Source: a virus. From it: 64,000 nucleotides of DNA. The stretch spans positions 18,279-82,278 of the IMG/VR virus record IMGVR_UViG_3300045988_051379; one strand, written 5' to 3'. Shown piece after piece: positions 55,805-64,000 of this stretch (its first letter is position 1; every line of letters starts with the position of its first letter). The position numbers were made by a program, and so were the translations under genes. Under the pieces are notes generated by a model. That model searched no databases. It was not told where the DNA came from and saw only the letters and a program-made list of their open reading frames with translations.

Positions 55805-56365
55805 ATGAAGTATACAGAGCAGGTGATTGATAAGTCTAGACGTGTTTGCCCACTATCAACTGTAATGGTTGAGATGTTGGTAAAACAGATGTCAGCCGAA
55901 CTTGCCAACCATGCTCTGTATATGACCTTTGCCAATTACTTTGAAGTAGAAGGGTTACCAAAGCTAGGTATTTACTGGAGAGGTCGTGCTAGGGAAGAAT
56001 ATTTGCATCATTCTTGGATATTTGAATATCTAACCACTAACGATGCTCTGTTCCAATATCCGCCTGTTCCAGCCATTAATGTTGAAATCACTGATAGAGT
56101 CATGCCCTTTGCTGCCACAGTAGATAGGGAGATTGAGACTACTCGTGGTATTAATAAGATTGTAGACCAAGCTCAAAAAGAGAGTGATTGGGCTACATTC
56201 CAATGGTTGAATGGAGAGGATGAGGATGAAGGTATGTTAGTTAAAGAGCAAGTAGAAGAAGAATCTATTAGTCGTACTATTCTTGATATGGCTAAAGAAC
56301 AGGCTACTTGGCTTCGTAAAGAGAATGCAATACTTGATTTCTATAATGGTCTAGGTCGCAAGTAA
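55805..56365 (+). CDS. ferritin-like diiron-domain protein
   Basis: ELANHALYMTFANYF...GRAREEYLHHSWIFEYL matches the ferritin E...Y / EE..H pattern; Met at 55805 within the track ORF 55724. Confidence 0.45.
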   Translation: MKYTEQVIDKSRRVCPLSTVMVEMLVKQMSAELANHALYMTFANYFEVEGLPKLGIYWRGRAREEYLHHSWIFEYLTTNDALFQYPPVPAINVEITDRVMPFAATVDREIETTRGINKIVDQAQKESDWATFQWLNGEDEDEGMLVKEQVEEESISRTILDMAKEQATWLRKENAILDFYNGLGRK

Positions 56366-56429
56366 TTGCCTATAATCAGATTAACTTATCTAGAGAGATT
56401 ACATTTAGAAACATTTAATCTACAAGTTT

Positions 56430-56957
56430 ATGAAAGAAAGAGTTGAGTATAGAGTTGACAGTTTTGTTGATTTTACTGGCATGGAACGTAAGTTCGTAAT
56501 GGTTGCATTGTCACAAGAAGTATGTGCTGAAATTGACCCAGATACAGAGAACTGGGATGAAGATGCACTCTTAAGTGATAAATGTCTGTCTATTGGCGTA
56601 TCTGTATGTCAACCAGAAGATGAGTTTGATGAGAATATGGGAGTTCAAATAGCTCTTGGTAAGGCTCGTAAACTACATAATCATGCTCTGTACAGTACTG
56701 ACCCCGGATTGATTAACCGTGGTGTAGTTAATGCTCTTCTTGACCAGGAAGTAGCATTCTTCAAACAATGCCCTGGCAAGTATCTGAAAGGATATGATAC
56801 AGCTAAGGCTATCTATGAAGAAGGACGTAAAATGGTCGAACTAGAAGCATCACTATCTGATGAAGAACGTACATGCTTGGATACCTTATTAACTTCTAAG
56901 AATGATAGAGTGGATGTTATCTATGATATCTATAACTACTATCAGTCTCAGAAATGA
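56430..56957 (+). CDS. hypothetical protein
   Basis: ORF in track. Confidence 0.35.
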   Translation: MKERVEYRVDSFVDFTGMERKFVMVALSQEVCAEIDPDTENWDEDALLSDKCLSIGVSVCQPEDEFDENMGVQIALGKARKLHNHALYSTDPGLINRGVVNALLDQEVAFFKQCPGKYLKGYDTAKAIYEEGRKMVELEASLSDEERTCLDTLLTSKNDRVDVIYDIYNYYQSQK

Positions 56958-57271
56958 AATTTAAGGATGCTTTCGTTGGAGGTGTGATTGCTGCTGCTAT
57001 ATGCCTTGGTATAGCATGGGCTTGCAAGGATAGAAACACAGTAGTTATTCCTGACAACACTAAATATGAGCAAGCTATAGACTCGCTCAATAAGGAAGTA
57101 AGGAAGTTAGAAATTACTAACGACAGTCTAATTAGTGTCATTACCAATTCTAAAGGTAAGATAGACACTATTAATAATTGGTATGAAAAGGAGCTTATTG
57201 ATATTACTAATCAGTCTATTGCCGCCGATGCATCTTTCTTCGCAGAATATGTATCCCAAGCTGGTAGATGA
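56954..57271 (+). CDS. N-terminally membrane-anchored coiled-coil protein (i-spanin-like topology)
   Basis: TM helix at the N-terminus, then a predicted coiled coil; overlaps the next ORF. Confidence 0.3.
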   Translation: MKFKDAFVGGVIAAAICLGIAWACKDRNTVVIPDNTKYEQAIDSLNKEVRKLEITNDSLISVITNSKGKIDTINNWYEKELIDITNQSIAADASFFAEYVSQAGR

Positions 57272-57596
57272 CTCATTAGTTGTGATTACTCCACAGCAAT
57301 TAAAGGCTAGTAACCTTATATTTCTGGAGCATAAGAAGCTTAAGCTAGAGAGGTTTGAACTCAATAAACAGCTTACATCTTATGAATTACTAACTGCTAA
57401 CTATGCTAAAACTGATAGTATAAGACTTCAACAACTAGCACGAGCAGAATTGCAAATGCAGATGTATGATGAAGCTATTAGTAAGCAACGGGAGCAGATA
57501 GCTAAGATGAACAAAAAGAACAAGAGATTAACTACATTGTCAATAGGAGGATTTGCTATCAGTGTAGGCTTATTATTAGCCTTACTGATTAAATAG
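57183..57596 (+). CDS. protein with N-terminal signal-like and C-terminal TM segments, overlapping the previous gene
   Basis: MKRSLLILLISLLPP N-terminus, C-terminal LSIGGFAISVGLLLALLIK; no Cys lipobox. Confidence 0.3.
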   Translation: MKRSLLILLISLLPPMHLSSQNMYPKLVDDSLVVITPQQLKASNLIFLEHKKLKLERFELNKQLTSYELLTANYAKTDSIRLQQLARAELQMQMYDEAISKQREQIAKMNKKNKRLTTLSIGGFAISVGLLLALLIK

Positions 57597-57625
57597 CAAA
57601 TTCTTGGCAAACTACTATTCGGAAC

Positions 57626-57832
57626 ATGGCGAACAAACTATCTGACAGTTTTGATAAGGACAGAGATGGAGTAAAGTACAAATACCCCGAGAGAACTTGC
57701 AAAGACTGTTCTAGATATCCCTGTTTCAGCGGTATTGAGCGCAGTGTTTGTGATTTCGCCAAGTATGGTTGTGTGCATTATAAAGACGGTGGGGTTAATA
57801 AACGACAAAATGAGCTGGTGGGCTCGGAATGA
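57626..57832 (+). CDS. Cys-rich small protein
   Basis: ORF in track. Confidence 0.3.
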   Translation: MANKLSDSFDKDRDGVKYKYPERTCKDCSRYPCFSGIERSVCDFAKYGCVHYKDGGVNKRQNELVGSE

Positions 57833-58134
57833 TGATTCAATATACCATACGCGTTGAATTACTAGCTAGTAAGGAAGATGCTGGTGGTTATATAGTCTAT
57901 GCATTCAAAGATTTGTCAAACGGCACATATAAAATGTGTACCCGATGTCCTAACTGGGAAGGTCCATTCTTAAGAGTTGGTGACATCGGGTATTTGAAAT
58001 GTAAGGAAGTATATGCAGGGGAAGACACATGGTATAATCCCATCACTGACTCCTTTGAGAAGTATAAATATACCGATATATATTTCGAAGACTTTGTTTA
58101 TGAGAAACCACCAGAAGGTGAGATTATACTGTAA
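57829..58134 (+). CDS. hypothetical protein
   Basis: ORF in track. Confidence 0.35.
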   Translation: MMIQYTIRVELLASKEDAGGYIVYAFKDLSNGTYKMCTRCPNWEGPFLRVGDIGYLKCKEVYAGEDTWYNPITDSFEKYKYTDIYFEDFVYEKPPEGEIIL

Positions 58135-58190
58135 AAGATTATCTAAATTAACGAGATTAGACCATTATCTAAAATTAATATGATATATCT

Positions 58191-59033
58191 ATGTTCAGAG
58201 AGAAATTGGCATCAGCTATCGATAGAAAGAATAATGACATCAACTCTTTCATTTGGAAGGGTCGTAAGCAAGAAGTAAATGGAGTTCTAGTACAAGAGGA
58301 GAAACGCTTGGTTGATTGTACTGAAGAAGAACTTCGTGGTTTCTATGCTCATTGTGATTCTATGCTCTATAATACTAACAAGGACTATCCTGGTCGTTAT
58401 GTTCTATTGGACATTATTAAAGACCAGCGTCAGCGTTGTAACGCAGAATTGTTCTTGCGCTGGTTAGAACAGGAGCAGCATATGCCAAGGTTTAAGTTCC
58501 TAGAGGCGTTAGTCTCTTTCTTGGATATTAATAAGGACGGTATAGACCCGAAAGAGTATCCAATCGAAGGAACTATGTGCGGCTGTCCTAAAGAGTTTGG
58601 AGACATTCCAACAGAGACAGTACGCGAAGGTTGTTTGGACAGACTGGGAAAGTTCAACAAACAACACATTACTCTTACATTTATTCTCAAGCAAGGTCTA
58701 TGGTTCACTGCTCAAGAGAGCAAGGACTTAGTGGAGAAAGACCCTAAGACAGGTCAGATAAGAGATAAGATTGAAGTGGTGAAGGAAAGACTAGGTCTGA
58801 AGCCCACAATGCCTCTTTGTGTTACTCCTAAAGGACTTAGCTATTCACAGCTTCGTTCTATGGTTAATTTGAAGAGTAAGAAGTATACAGAACTAACTAC
58901 TGACCAATTAAAGGTTCTTAGAAATAGAATCTTGTATTCTTTGGAAGATGAAGTGAAGTTCCATATATCTCAATGGGAAACTCGCAAGAACCAAATTAAA
59001 TTAGTATGTGATGCTAAAGGCTATACTTTATAA
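58191..59033 (+). CDS. hypothetical protein
   Basis: 280-aa ORF; no motif. Confidence 0.4.
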   Translation: MFREKLASAIDRKNNDINSFIWKGRKQEVNGVLVQEEKRLVDCTEEELRGFYAHCDSMLYNTNKDYPGRYVLLDIIKDQRQRCNAELFLRWLEQEQHMPRFKFLEALVSFLDINKDGIDPKEYPIEGTMCGCPKEFGDIPTETVREGCLDRLGKFNKQHITLTFILKQGLWFTAQESKDLVEKDPKTGQIRDKIEVVKERLGLKPTMPLCVTPKGLSYSQLRSMVNLKSKKYTELTTDQLKVLRNRILYSLEDEVKFHISQWETRKNQIKLVCDAKGYTL

Positions 59034-59186
59034 TGTACTCTGGATGCTGACCACAGTTAATCCAGATTACTATGTAGTAGGTATAAGCTGCTTAACGTAA
59101 CTTGTGAGAATTTACTAATATTAAATAACAGGGTTCAAGGTAATAGATTCAAATGAGTTATTAATTAAGGGCTTAGCCTATAACAA

Positions 59187-60461
59187 GTGGCAGACTTATT
59201 CGGAAACGTAAGCAGAGATGAACGCCAAGCAATTGGTGTTCAACGTTGGGTAGATAATAAGTTGCGTGGTTCTTTAGTCTATTGTACCGGTTTCGGTAAG
59301 ACTAGAACTGCCATTATGTGTATGAAAAGATTCTTGGCTAAGAATCCTGGTAGAAGAATTATAATAGTAGTACCTACTGATGCACTACAGAGACAATGGC
59401 TTAGTGATTTAACAGAGCAGCAAGTCCCAATGGTGTACGAGGTACTAATAATAAACTCTGTTGTGAAACATGAGTGGACATGTGATTTGCTAGTACTTGA
59501 TGAATGTCATAAATATGCTTCCGACCTGTTTGGAAAGGTATTTGAAGTAGTCAAGTATAAAATAATTCTAGGTTTAACTGCAACTATGGAACGACTAGAC
59601 GGTAAGGATAGTTATATCAAGAAGTATTGTCCAGTAGTTGATAGAGTAGATGTTAGTGAAGCTACTGCTAGAGGCTGGCTATCTCCTTACAGAGAATACA
59701 AAGTCATGGTAGAAGTAGACAATCTAGACAAATACTATGAGTTAAATAGAGAGTTTTATGAGCATTTTGCTTTCTTCGGTCATGATTTTACACTTGCTAT
59801 GGCTTGTGCTACTAAATGGCAGAAGAGAATTGAGCTAGCTAAAACTATGCTTCCCGACTTTGACAAGAAACCAGATGAATGGAAAGCTCTTAATAAGACC
59901 ATTCTAATTCATGCTATGGGTTTCAATAGGACTTTACAGGCAAGGAAGAAGTTCATTTATGAACATCCTAAAAAGATAGAACTTACAAATATGATACTTG
60001 AGCATAGGCAAGACAAGAAATGTATTACTTTTAGTAAGACAATCAAGATTGCCGAACAAATCAAGTATGGTAAGGTACTATCTAGTAAGGAAACTAAGAA
60101 GAAGGGAAGGATGACTTTAGAGGAGTTTAAATCAGCATCTGTGGGAGTACTTAATACTTCTAAGATGTTAGATGAAGGAGCTGACATACCAGGACTGTCA
60201 GTAGCCGTTATTCTTGGATATGATTCCAGTCCTACGTCTAAGACGCAGAGAATAGGTAGAGTTATTAGAAAGGCAGAGAATAAAGTAGCGGAAGTCTTTA
60301 CTTTAGTAATCAAGGGAACTGTTGAAGAAGAATGGTTTCGCAAGAGTACTGGTAGTAAGGATTATATCACTATAGCCGATTCTGATTTATTAAATCTACT
60401 AGAAGGGCGAGAATTTACTCCTAAGAAGAACAAAGAAACTAAAATGATATTTAGGTTCTAA
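59187..60461 (+). CDS. superfamily-2 DEAD/DEAH-box helicase (UvsW/type-III-res-like)
   Basis: Motif I CTGFGKT, II LDECH, III TAT, VI QRIGRVIR. Confidence 0.65.
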   Translation: MADLFGNVSRDERQAIGVQRWVDNKLRGSLVYCTGFGKTRTAIMCMKRFLAKNPGRRIIIVVPTDALQRQWLSDLTEQQVPMVYEVLIINSVVKHEWTCDLLVLDECHKYASDLFGKVFEVVKYKIILGLTATMERLDGKDSYIKKYCPVVDRVDVSEATARGWLSPYREYKVMVEVDNLDKYYELNREFYEHFAFFGHDFTLAMACATKWQKRIELAKTMLPDFDKKPDEWKALNKTILIHAMGFNRTLQARKKFIYEHPKKIELTNMILEHRQDKKCITFSKTIKIAEQIKYGKVLSSKETKKKGRMTLEEFKSASVGVLNTSKMLDEGADIPGLSVAVILGYDSSPTSKTQRIGRVIRKAENKVAEVFTLVIKGTVEEEWFRKSTGSKDYITIADSDLLNLLEGREFTPKKNKETKMIFRF

Positions 60462-60661
60462 TGTTTAGAGTGTTATATTGCAACATAGGTGCTGAAGGGC
60501 AGCCTGATAGAACTTCGACAGTATCTACTGATGTTGATGCTGTCAAGCTATTAGAGCTGTTAGAGAAGCATTCAGAGCGTCGTATTTGCATAATGTCTGT
60601 GCATTTGGAGCGTAGCCCTCTAGATGTGCAGAGTCTTATCACGAGCCTGAAATTTAAGTAG
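60461..60661 (+). CDS. hypothetical protein
   Basis: ORF in track. Confidence 0.3.
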   Translation: MFRVLYCNIGAEGQPDRTSTVSTDVDAVKLLELLEKHSERRICIMSVHLERSPLDVQSLITSLKFK

Positions 60662-60721
60662 ATTCGTTTTGAAATGTAACAAGATTATCGTATCTTTGTA
60701 ATCCTTAACGGTCAAAATTAC

Positions 60722-60946
60722 ATGACAACTGAAAGATTGCTTGAACTTGTGATGCTTACTAACACGTTTGATAGTATCATTCATGCTAGTGGTGTCAACG
60801 AAAACGGTGAAATTGAATTTGAAGGTGGAATCTATGACGTCAAAGCTATGGTAGCAAGGCAGACAGAACTCTTTAAAGAGTTTATAGCTCCTTACGAAGT
60901 AGCAGGCGAAGCTTATGTGATTGAGGACACTGAGAAATCAGAATAA
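60722..60946 (+). CDS. hypothetical protein
   Basis: ORF in track. Confidence 0.3.
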   Translation: MTTERLLELVMLTNTFDSIIHASGVNENGEIEFEGGIYDVKAMVARQTELFKEFIAPYEVAGEAYVIEDTEKSE

Positions 60947-60999
60947 CAAAGTATCACAGCTGATAGATTAGTAAGTTATTTACTTATTAATCAGTACGC

Positions 61000-61623
61000 T
61001 TGGAGAAATTAAGTTTAACAATAGAGAATCAGTTGTTAATAATGGAGCAGTATAGGCTTACTGCTGAGGAGTTGTTAATGATTGAGTTGCTATTCTTGGC
61101 ACAACCAGAAGAGGGACATAAAGACTCCCTCATCCGATATCTGGGAATGCCAATAACTAAAACCCGCCTTAGAGACGTATTATTAAGTCTACAGGTGAAG
61201 GGAGTCATTACTAAGAAGTATAAAATTCCCGCAGAGGGTCAGACGTTTGACCCTGAATCTGTAATCTTTAATGAAAACTTCATTAAGAATTATAGAAAGT
61301 ATTCCGGAGACCTGGGAGGAGAGTTCTGGGAAGCATACCCAGATATTGTCATTATTAATGGTAGGGAGTATAGTTTAAAGAACTGGTCTAAGAAGTTTAA
61401 CACTTTGGAAGATATGTTCTTTAGATATGGCAAGAATATAGGGTGGAAACTTGAGAATCATAAAAGAGTGATAGAGTTAGTCAATTGGGCTAAGCAGAAC
61501 AAATGTAATCTGATAAATGTCAACATTGCTGACTTTATAATGTCTAAGGCTTGGGAAGGCATCGAGAAGTTTAAAGATGGAACATATGAAGAATTAGTGT
61601 TTGATACTATGACGGAACTATGA
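61000..61623 (+). CDS. hypothetical protein upstream of the replicative helicase (possible loader or initiator)
   Basis: ORF in track; function guessed from position only. Confidence 0.35.
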   Translation: MEKLSLTIENQLLIMEQYRLTAEELLMIELLFLAQPEEGHKDSLIRYLGMPITKTRLRDVLLSLQVKGVITKKYKIPAEGQTFDPESVIFNENFIKNYRKYSGDLGGEFWEAYPDIVIINGREYSLKNWSKKFNTLEDMFFRYGKNIGWKLENHKRVIELVNWAKQNKCNLINVNIADFIMSKAWEGIEKFKDGTYEELVFDTMTEL

Positions 61624-62711
61624 CATATACTAGCAGACTAATCGAACTTATCAAAAGAGGTAGAGAAGGTGACAATCAAGGGTTATCACTTGGAATGCCT
61701 AAGCTGGAGCATATAATTGACGGATTAACTCAAGAGACCTATTACCTGATTGCCGCAGGAACTGGTAACGGTAAGACTAGTTTCGTGCTTCACTCCTTTA
61801 TATATAAGGCTCTACTGGACTCTGATTCTGATAAGGATGTTCAGTTTATTATATTCTCTTTGGAGATGAGTGCTGAGCAGTTACTTGCTAAATTGCTCTC
61901 TCTTCATATATATGAGACATATGGTAAACAAATATCTTTTAAAGAGTTATTGTCTAGAGGCAAGGACTCTACACTCTCTAATGAGGATTATGAGTTAGTA
62001 CAGGAATGTATTCCATGGCTAGAATCTATAGAGGACAGACTAATAATACATGACGGCACTCTCAATTCAGAGAAGTATAAGTCTCTAATCATAGAGGATT
62101 TAAAGAAATTTGGAACCTTTGTTGATGAAGATACTTATGAACTTAATAATCCAAAACAAATTATCGCAGTAATTACTGACCACTTAGGCTTAGTAAGACC
62201 ACAGTTAGGTCGGAGCAAGAAAGAGGAGATTGATACTATATCAGCATATGGTGTCTCATTTAGAAATAAATGTAAGATATCTCCGATTAATATTATGCAG
62301 TTCAATAGAAACTCTAATAATGCAGAGCGACTAAAACAAGGCTTACAAGAACCTGATTTGTCAGATTTAAAAGAGAGTGGTTCTCCGAGTGAGGATGCCA
62401 ATGTAGTATTGGTATTATTTAATCCATTTAGAAGCAAATTGTCTACATATAGAGGATATTGCATTAAAGAGCTAAAGGATGGTTTCAGATCATTATTGGT
62501 TCTTAAGAATAGATTTGGTGCGTCTGACGTAGCCATTGGTGTAGGATTTTATGGTAGATGTGGTATCTTTAAGGAACTCCCATCTGCATCCGAAATCAAT
62601 GATTATGATAAGTATAAGAATCCAGATTGGACTATTATTGATTTCCCAGACAGGGAGGTCGAGATAGAGCGAACTAAGAAAGATGATTTACGCGTAACCA
62701 TAACATTATGA
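61620..62711 (+). CDS. DnaB-like replicative helicase (RecA-fold C-terminal domain only)
   Basis: Walker A AGTGNGKTSF, FSLEMSAEQL (DnaB H1a), ITDHLGL, ESGSPSEDANVV, LKNRFG, matching DnaB/gp41-family motifs. Confidence 0.6.
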   Translation: MTYTSRLIELIKRGREGDNQGLSLGMPKLEHIIDGLTQETYYLIAAGTGNGKTSFVLHSFIYKALLDSDSDKDVQFIIFSLEMSAEQLLAKLLSLHIYETYGKQISFKELLSRGKDSTLSNEDYELVQECIPWLESIEDRLIIHDGTLNSEKYKSLIIEDLKKFGTFVDEDTYELNNPKQIIAVITDHLGLVRPQLGRSKKEEIDTISAYGVSFRNKCKISPINIMQFNRNSNNAERLKQGLQEPDLSDLKESGSPSEDANVVLVLFNPFRSKLSTYRGYCIKELKDGFRSLLVLKNRFGASDVAIGVGFYGRCGIFKELPSASEINDYDKYKNPDWTIIDFPDREVEIERTKKDDLRVTITL

Positions 62712-62715
62712 TTTA

Positions 62716-63408
62716 ATGAGCCAAATTATAGGACTTGGAGGATTTTCGGGAAGTGGTAAGTCTAGTTCCCTACAGTATTTAAACCCAAAGGAGACATTTA
62801 TCATTAGCTGTACTCCTAAACAATTATCAATTCCAGGATTTAGGAAGAATTACAAGAAGCTAACTCAGGACAAAGACAAGAACTATGTCGGAAATTGGTA
62901 TTTCAGCAATGAATTTGCCAAAGTGATGAATATCATGAATGTAGTTAATGTTAAAATGCCGGAGATTAAGGTCTTAGTAATTGACGATAGTAATTATCTT
63001 CTTTCACAAGAGGTAATGTGTAGAAGTGCGGAGAAAGGGTTTGATAAGCATATTGACTTTGCAAAGCACTATTATGATTTAATAATGAAGGCTATGACTC
63101 TTAGAGAGGATTTAATTGTAGTGTTCATATCTCATATTGTGAATGATGGTAACGACTATGACCCTAAATATAAGTTATTTACTACTGGAAAGATGTTGGA
63201 TAGGTCTGTTAATATAGATGGGCTGTTTAATTATTTGCTGTATGCAGAGAAGATTGTAAATGATGAAGAGGTTGACTATAAATTCAGAACAAGGTCACTT
63301 GGTCCAGATACTTGTAGAAGTACCGCAGGATGTTTCCCTGATTTATATGTTGAACCTAATATGAAGATGGTGATTGACACAATCAATAAATTTGAATACG
63401 GAGAATGA
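62716..63408 (+). CDS. P-loop ATPase (Sak4/RecA-core-like?)
   Basis: Walker A GGFSGSGKSS near the N-terminus and Walker B VLVIDD; sits in the replication gene block. Confidence 0.4.
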   Translation: MSQIIGLGGFSGSGKSSSLQYLNPKETFIISCTPKQLSIPGFRKNYKKLTQDKDKNYVGNWYFSNEFAKVMNIMNVVNVKMPEIKVLVIDDSNYLLSQEVMCRSAEKGFDKHIDFAKHYYDLIMKAMTLREDLIVVFISHIVNDGNDYDPKYKLFTTGKMLDRSVNIDGLFNYLLYAEKIVNDEEVDYKFRTRSLGPDTCRSTAGCFPDLYVEPNMKMVIDTINKFEYGE

Positions 63409-63965
63409 TAGTTAAAATGCTGTTAACTTTGGACTTTGACCCAGCTACTGGAGAGTATAAATCTCTAAAGCAGGAAATTGTCAAAGAAGAAGTAAAGACT
63501 AGAACAGTCAAGGAAGAGGTTCCAGAGACATCTGAACCGCAAATTACCCTAGACCCTAACAAGTACATACTTAATAAAGCAGCTGCCCAATTAATGGGAG
63601 TTGCTTGGGAAGATAGACTTAGTATTAAATATCAGAAAATTGACGGAATCACTTTCCCCGTTATAGGAACTGATGAAGCCTTTGGAACCAAAGGTGGAAA
63701 CAAACTTACTAAGAGTCTGTCTGTCAGCTGTAGAGGTAAAGCTAATGACATGCTACGTCAGTATGGAGATATATTTACAGTAACTACGATGAAAGGTCAA
63801 GACGACCTCTTCGTATTAGTTGGTAATGCTGAAAGGCCGGAAGAGCCTGAAGTAGATAACATAGAGGTATTGGAAGATGAAAGCGACAACATTGATTTGC
63901 CGTTAGACACAGAGATTGGAGATGAGTCAGCTAAAGAGATTGACCCATTAACTTTTGAACTTTAA
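63405..63965 (+). CDS. hypothetical acidic protein
   Basis: ORF in track. Confidence 0.35.
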   Translation: MIVKMLLTLDFDPATGEYKSLKQEIVKEEVKTRTVKEEVPETSEPQITLDPNKYILNKAAAQLMGVAWEDRLSIKYQKIDGITFPVIGTDEAFGTKGGNKLTKSLSVSCRGKANDMLRQYGDIFTVTTMKGQDDLFVLVGNAERPEEPEVDNIEVLEDESDNIDLPLDTEIGDESAKEIDPLTFEL

Positions 63966-64000
63966 TACTTATAAACTATGTCAATGAATTTCAACTTAAC

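Noticed and set aside
57183-57596. o-spanin lipoprotein call
   Set aside because: The protein contains no cysteine, so there is no lipobox. Only the overlapping-gene topology is spanin-like.

Overview
This window reads as one AT-rich segment of a large virulent phage genome. I see no integrase, transposase or rRNA, so I see no evidence of a prophage or mobile element. The host cannot be named from the sequence, but a phage-borne tmRNA and a TAnnTTTG-like element upstream of tRNA-Tyr are weak hints of a low-GC, possibly Bacteroidota, host. Layout: 1-12.8 kb carries mixed-strand genes: a DUF2158-like protein, a GroES/gp31-like co-chaperonin, a PD-(D/E)XK nuclease, and a 947-aa virion/tail protein with an internal glucosaminidase (FlgJ/GH73-like) domain. 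It also holds a small ferredoxin-thioredoxin-reductase-like Cys protein and a leftward S/T/N-rich tail-fiber-like gene. A ~650-bp divergent control region (12.8-13.45 kb) contains 4-6 direct copies of a TATATTGCC(A)ACTC motif interleaved with GC hairpins. From 13.45 kb to the end of the window every call is on the + strand. This rightward block holds a dispersed array of about 27 tRNA or tRNA-like genes, including an amber-suppressor tRNA (anticodon CTA), plus a phage-borne tmRNA and a type-I hammerhead ribozyme. It also holds a family of hairpins with a conserved loop and covarying stems, a NfeD/flotillin (SPFH) pair, and two vWA proteins (one TROVE/DUF2828-like). Further genes include a truncated PurA-like enzyme (candidate PurZ for 2-aminoadenine synthesis), a classic AAA+ ATPase, an HNH endonuclease and RNase H. 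There are three paralogous ~290-aa proteins, ferritin-like and bactofilin-like proteins, and a replication module (SF2 helicase, DnaB-like helicase, P-loop ATPase). Two genes are split by frameshifts at G/C homopolymer tracts. All coordinates and anticodons were read by eye. The tRNA anticodons and the ribozyme should be rechecked with tRNAscan-SE/ARAGORN and Infernal.
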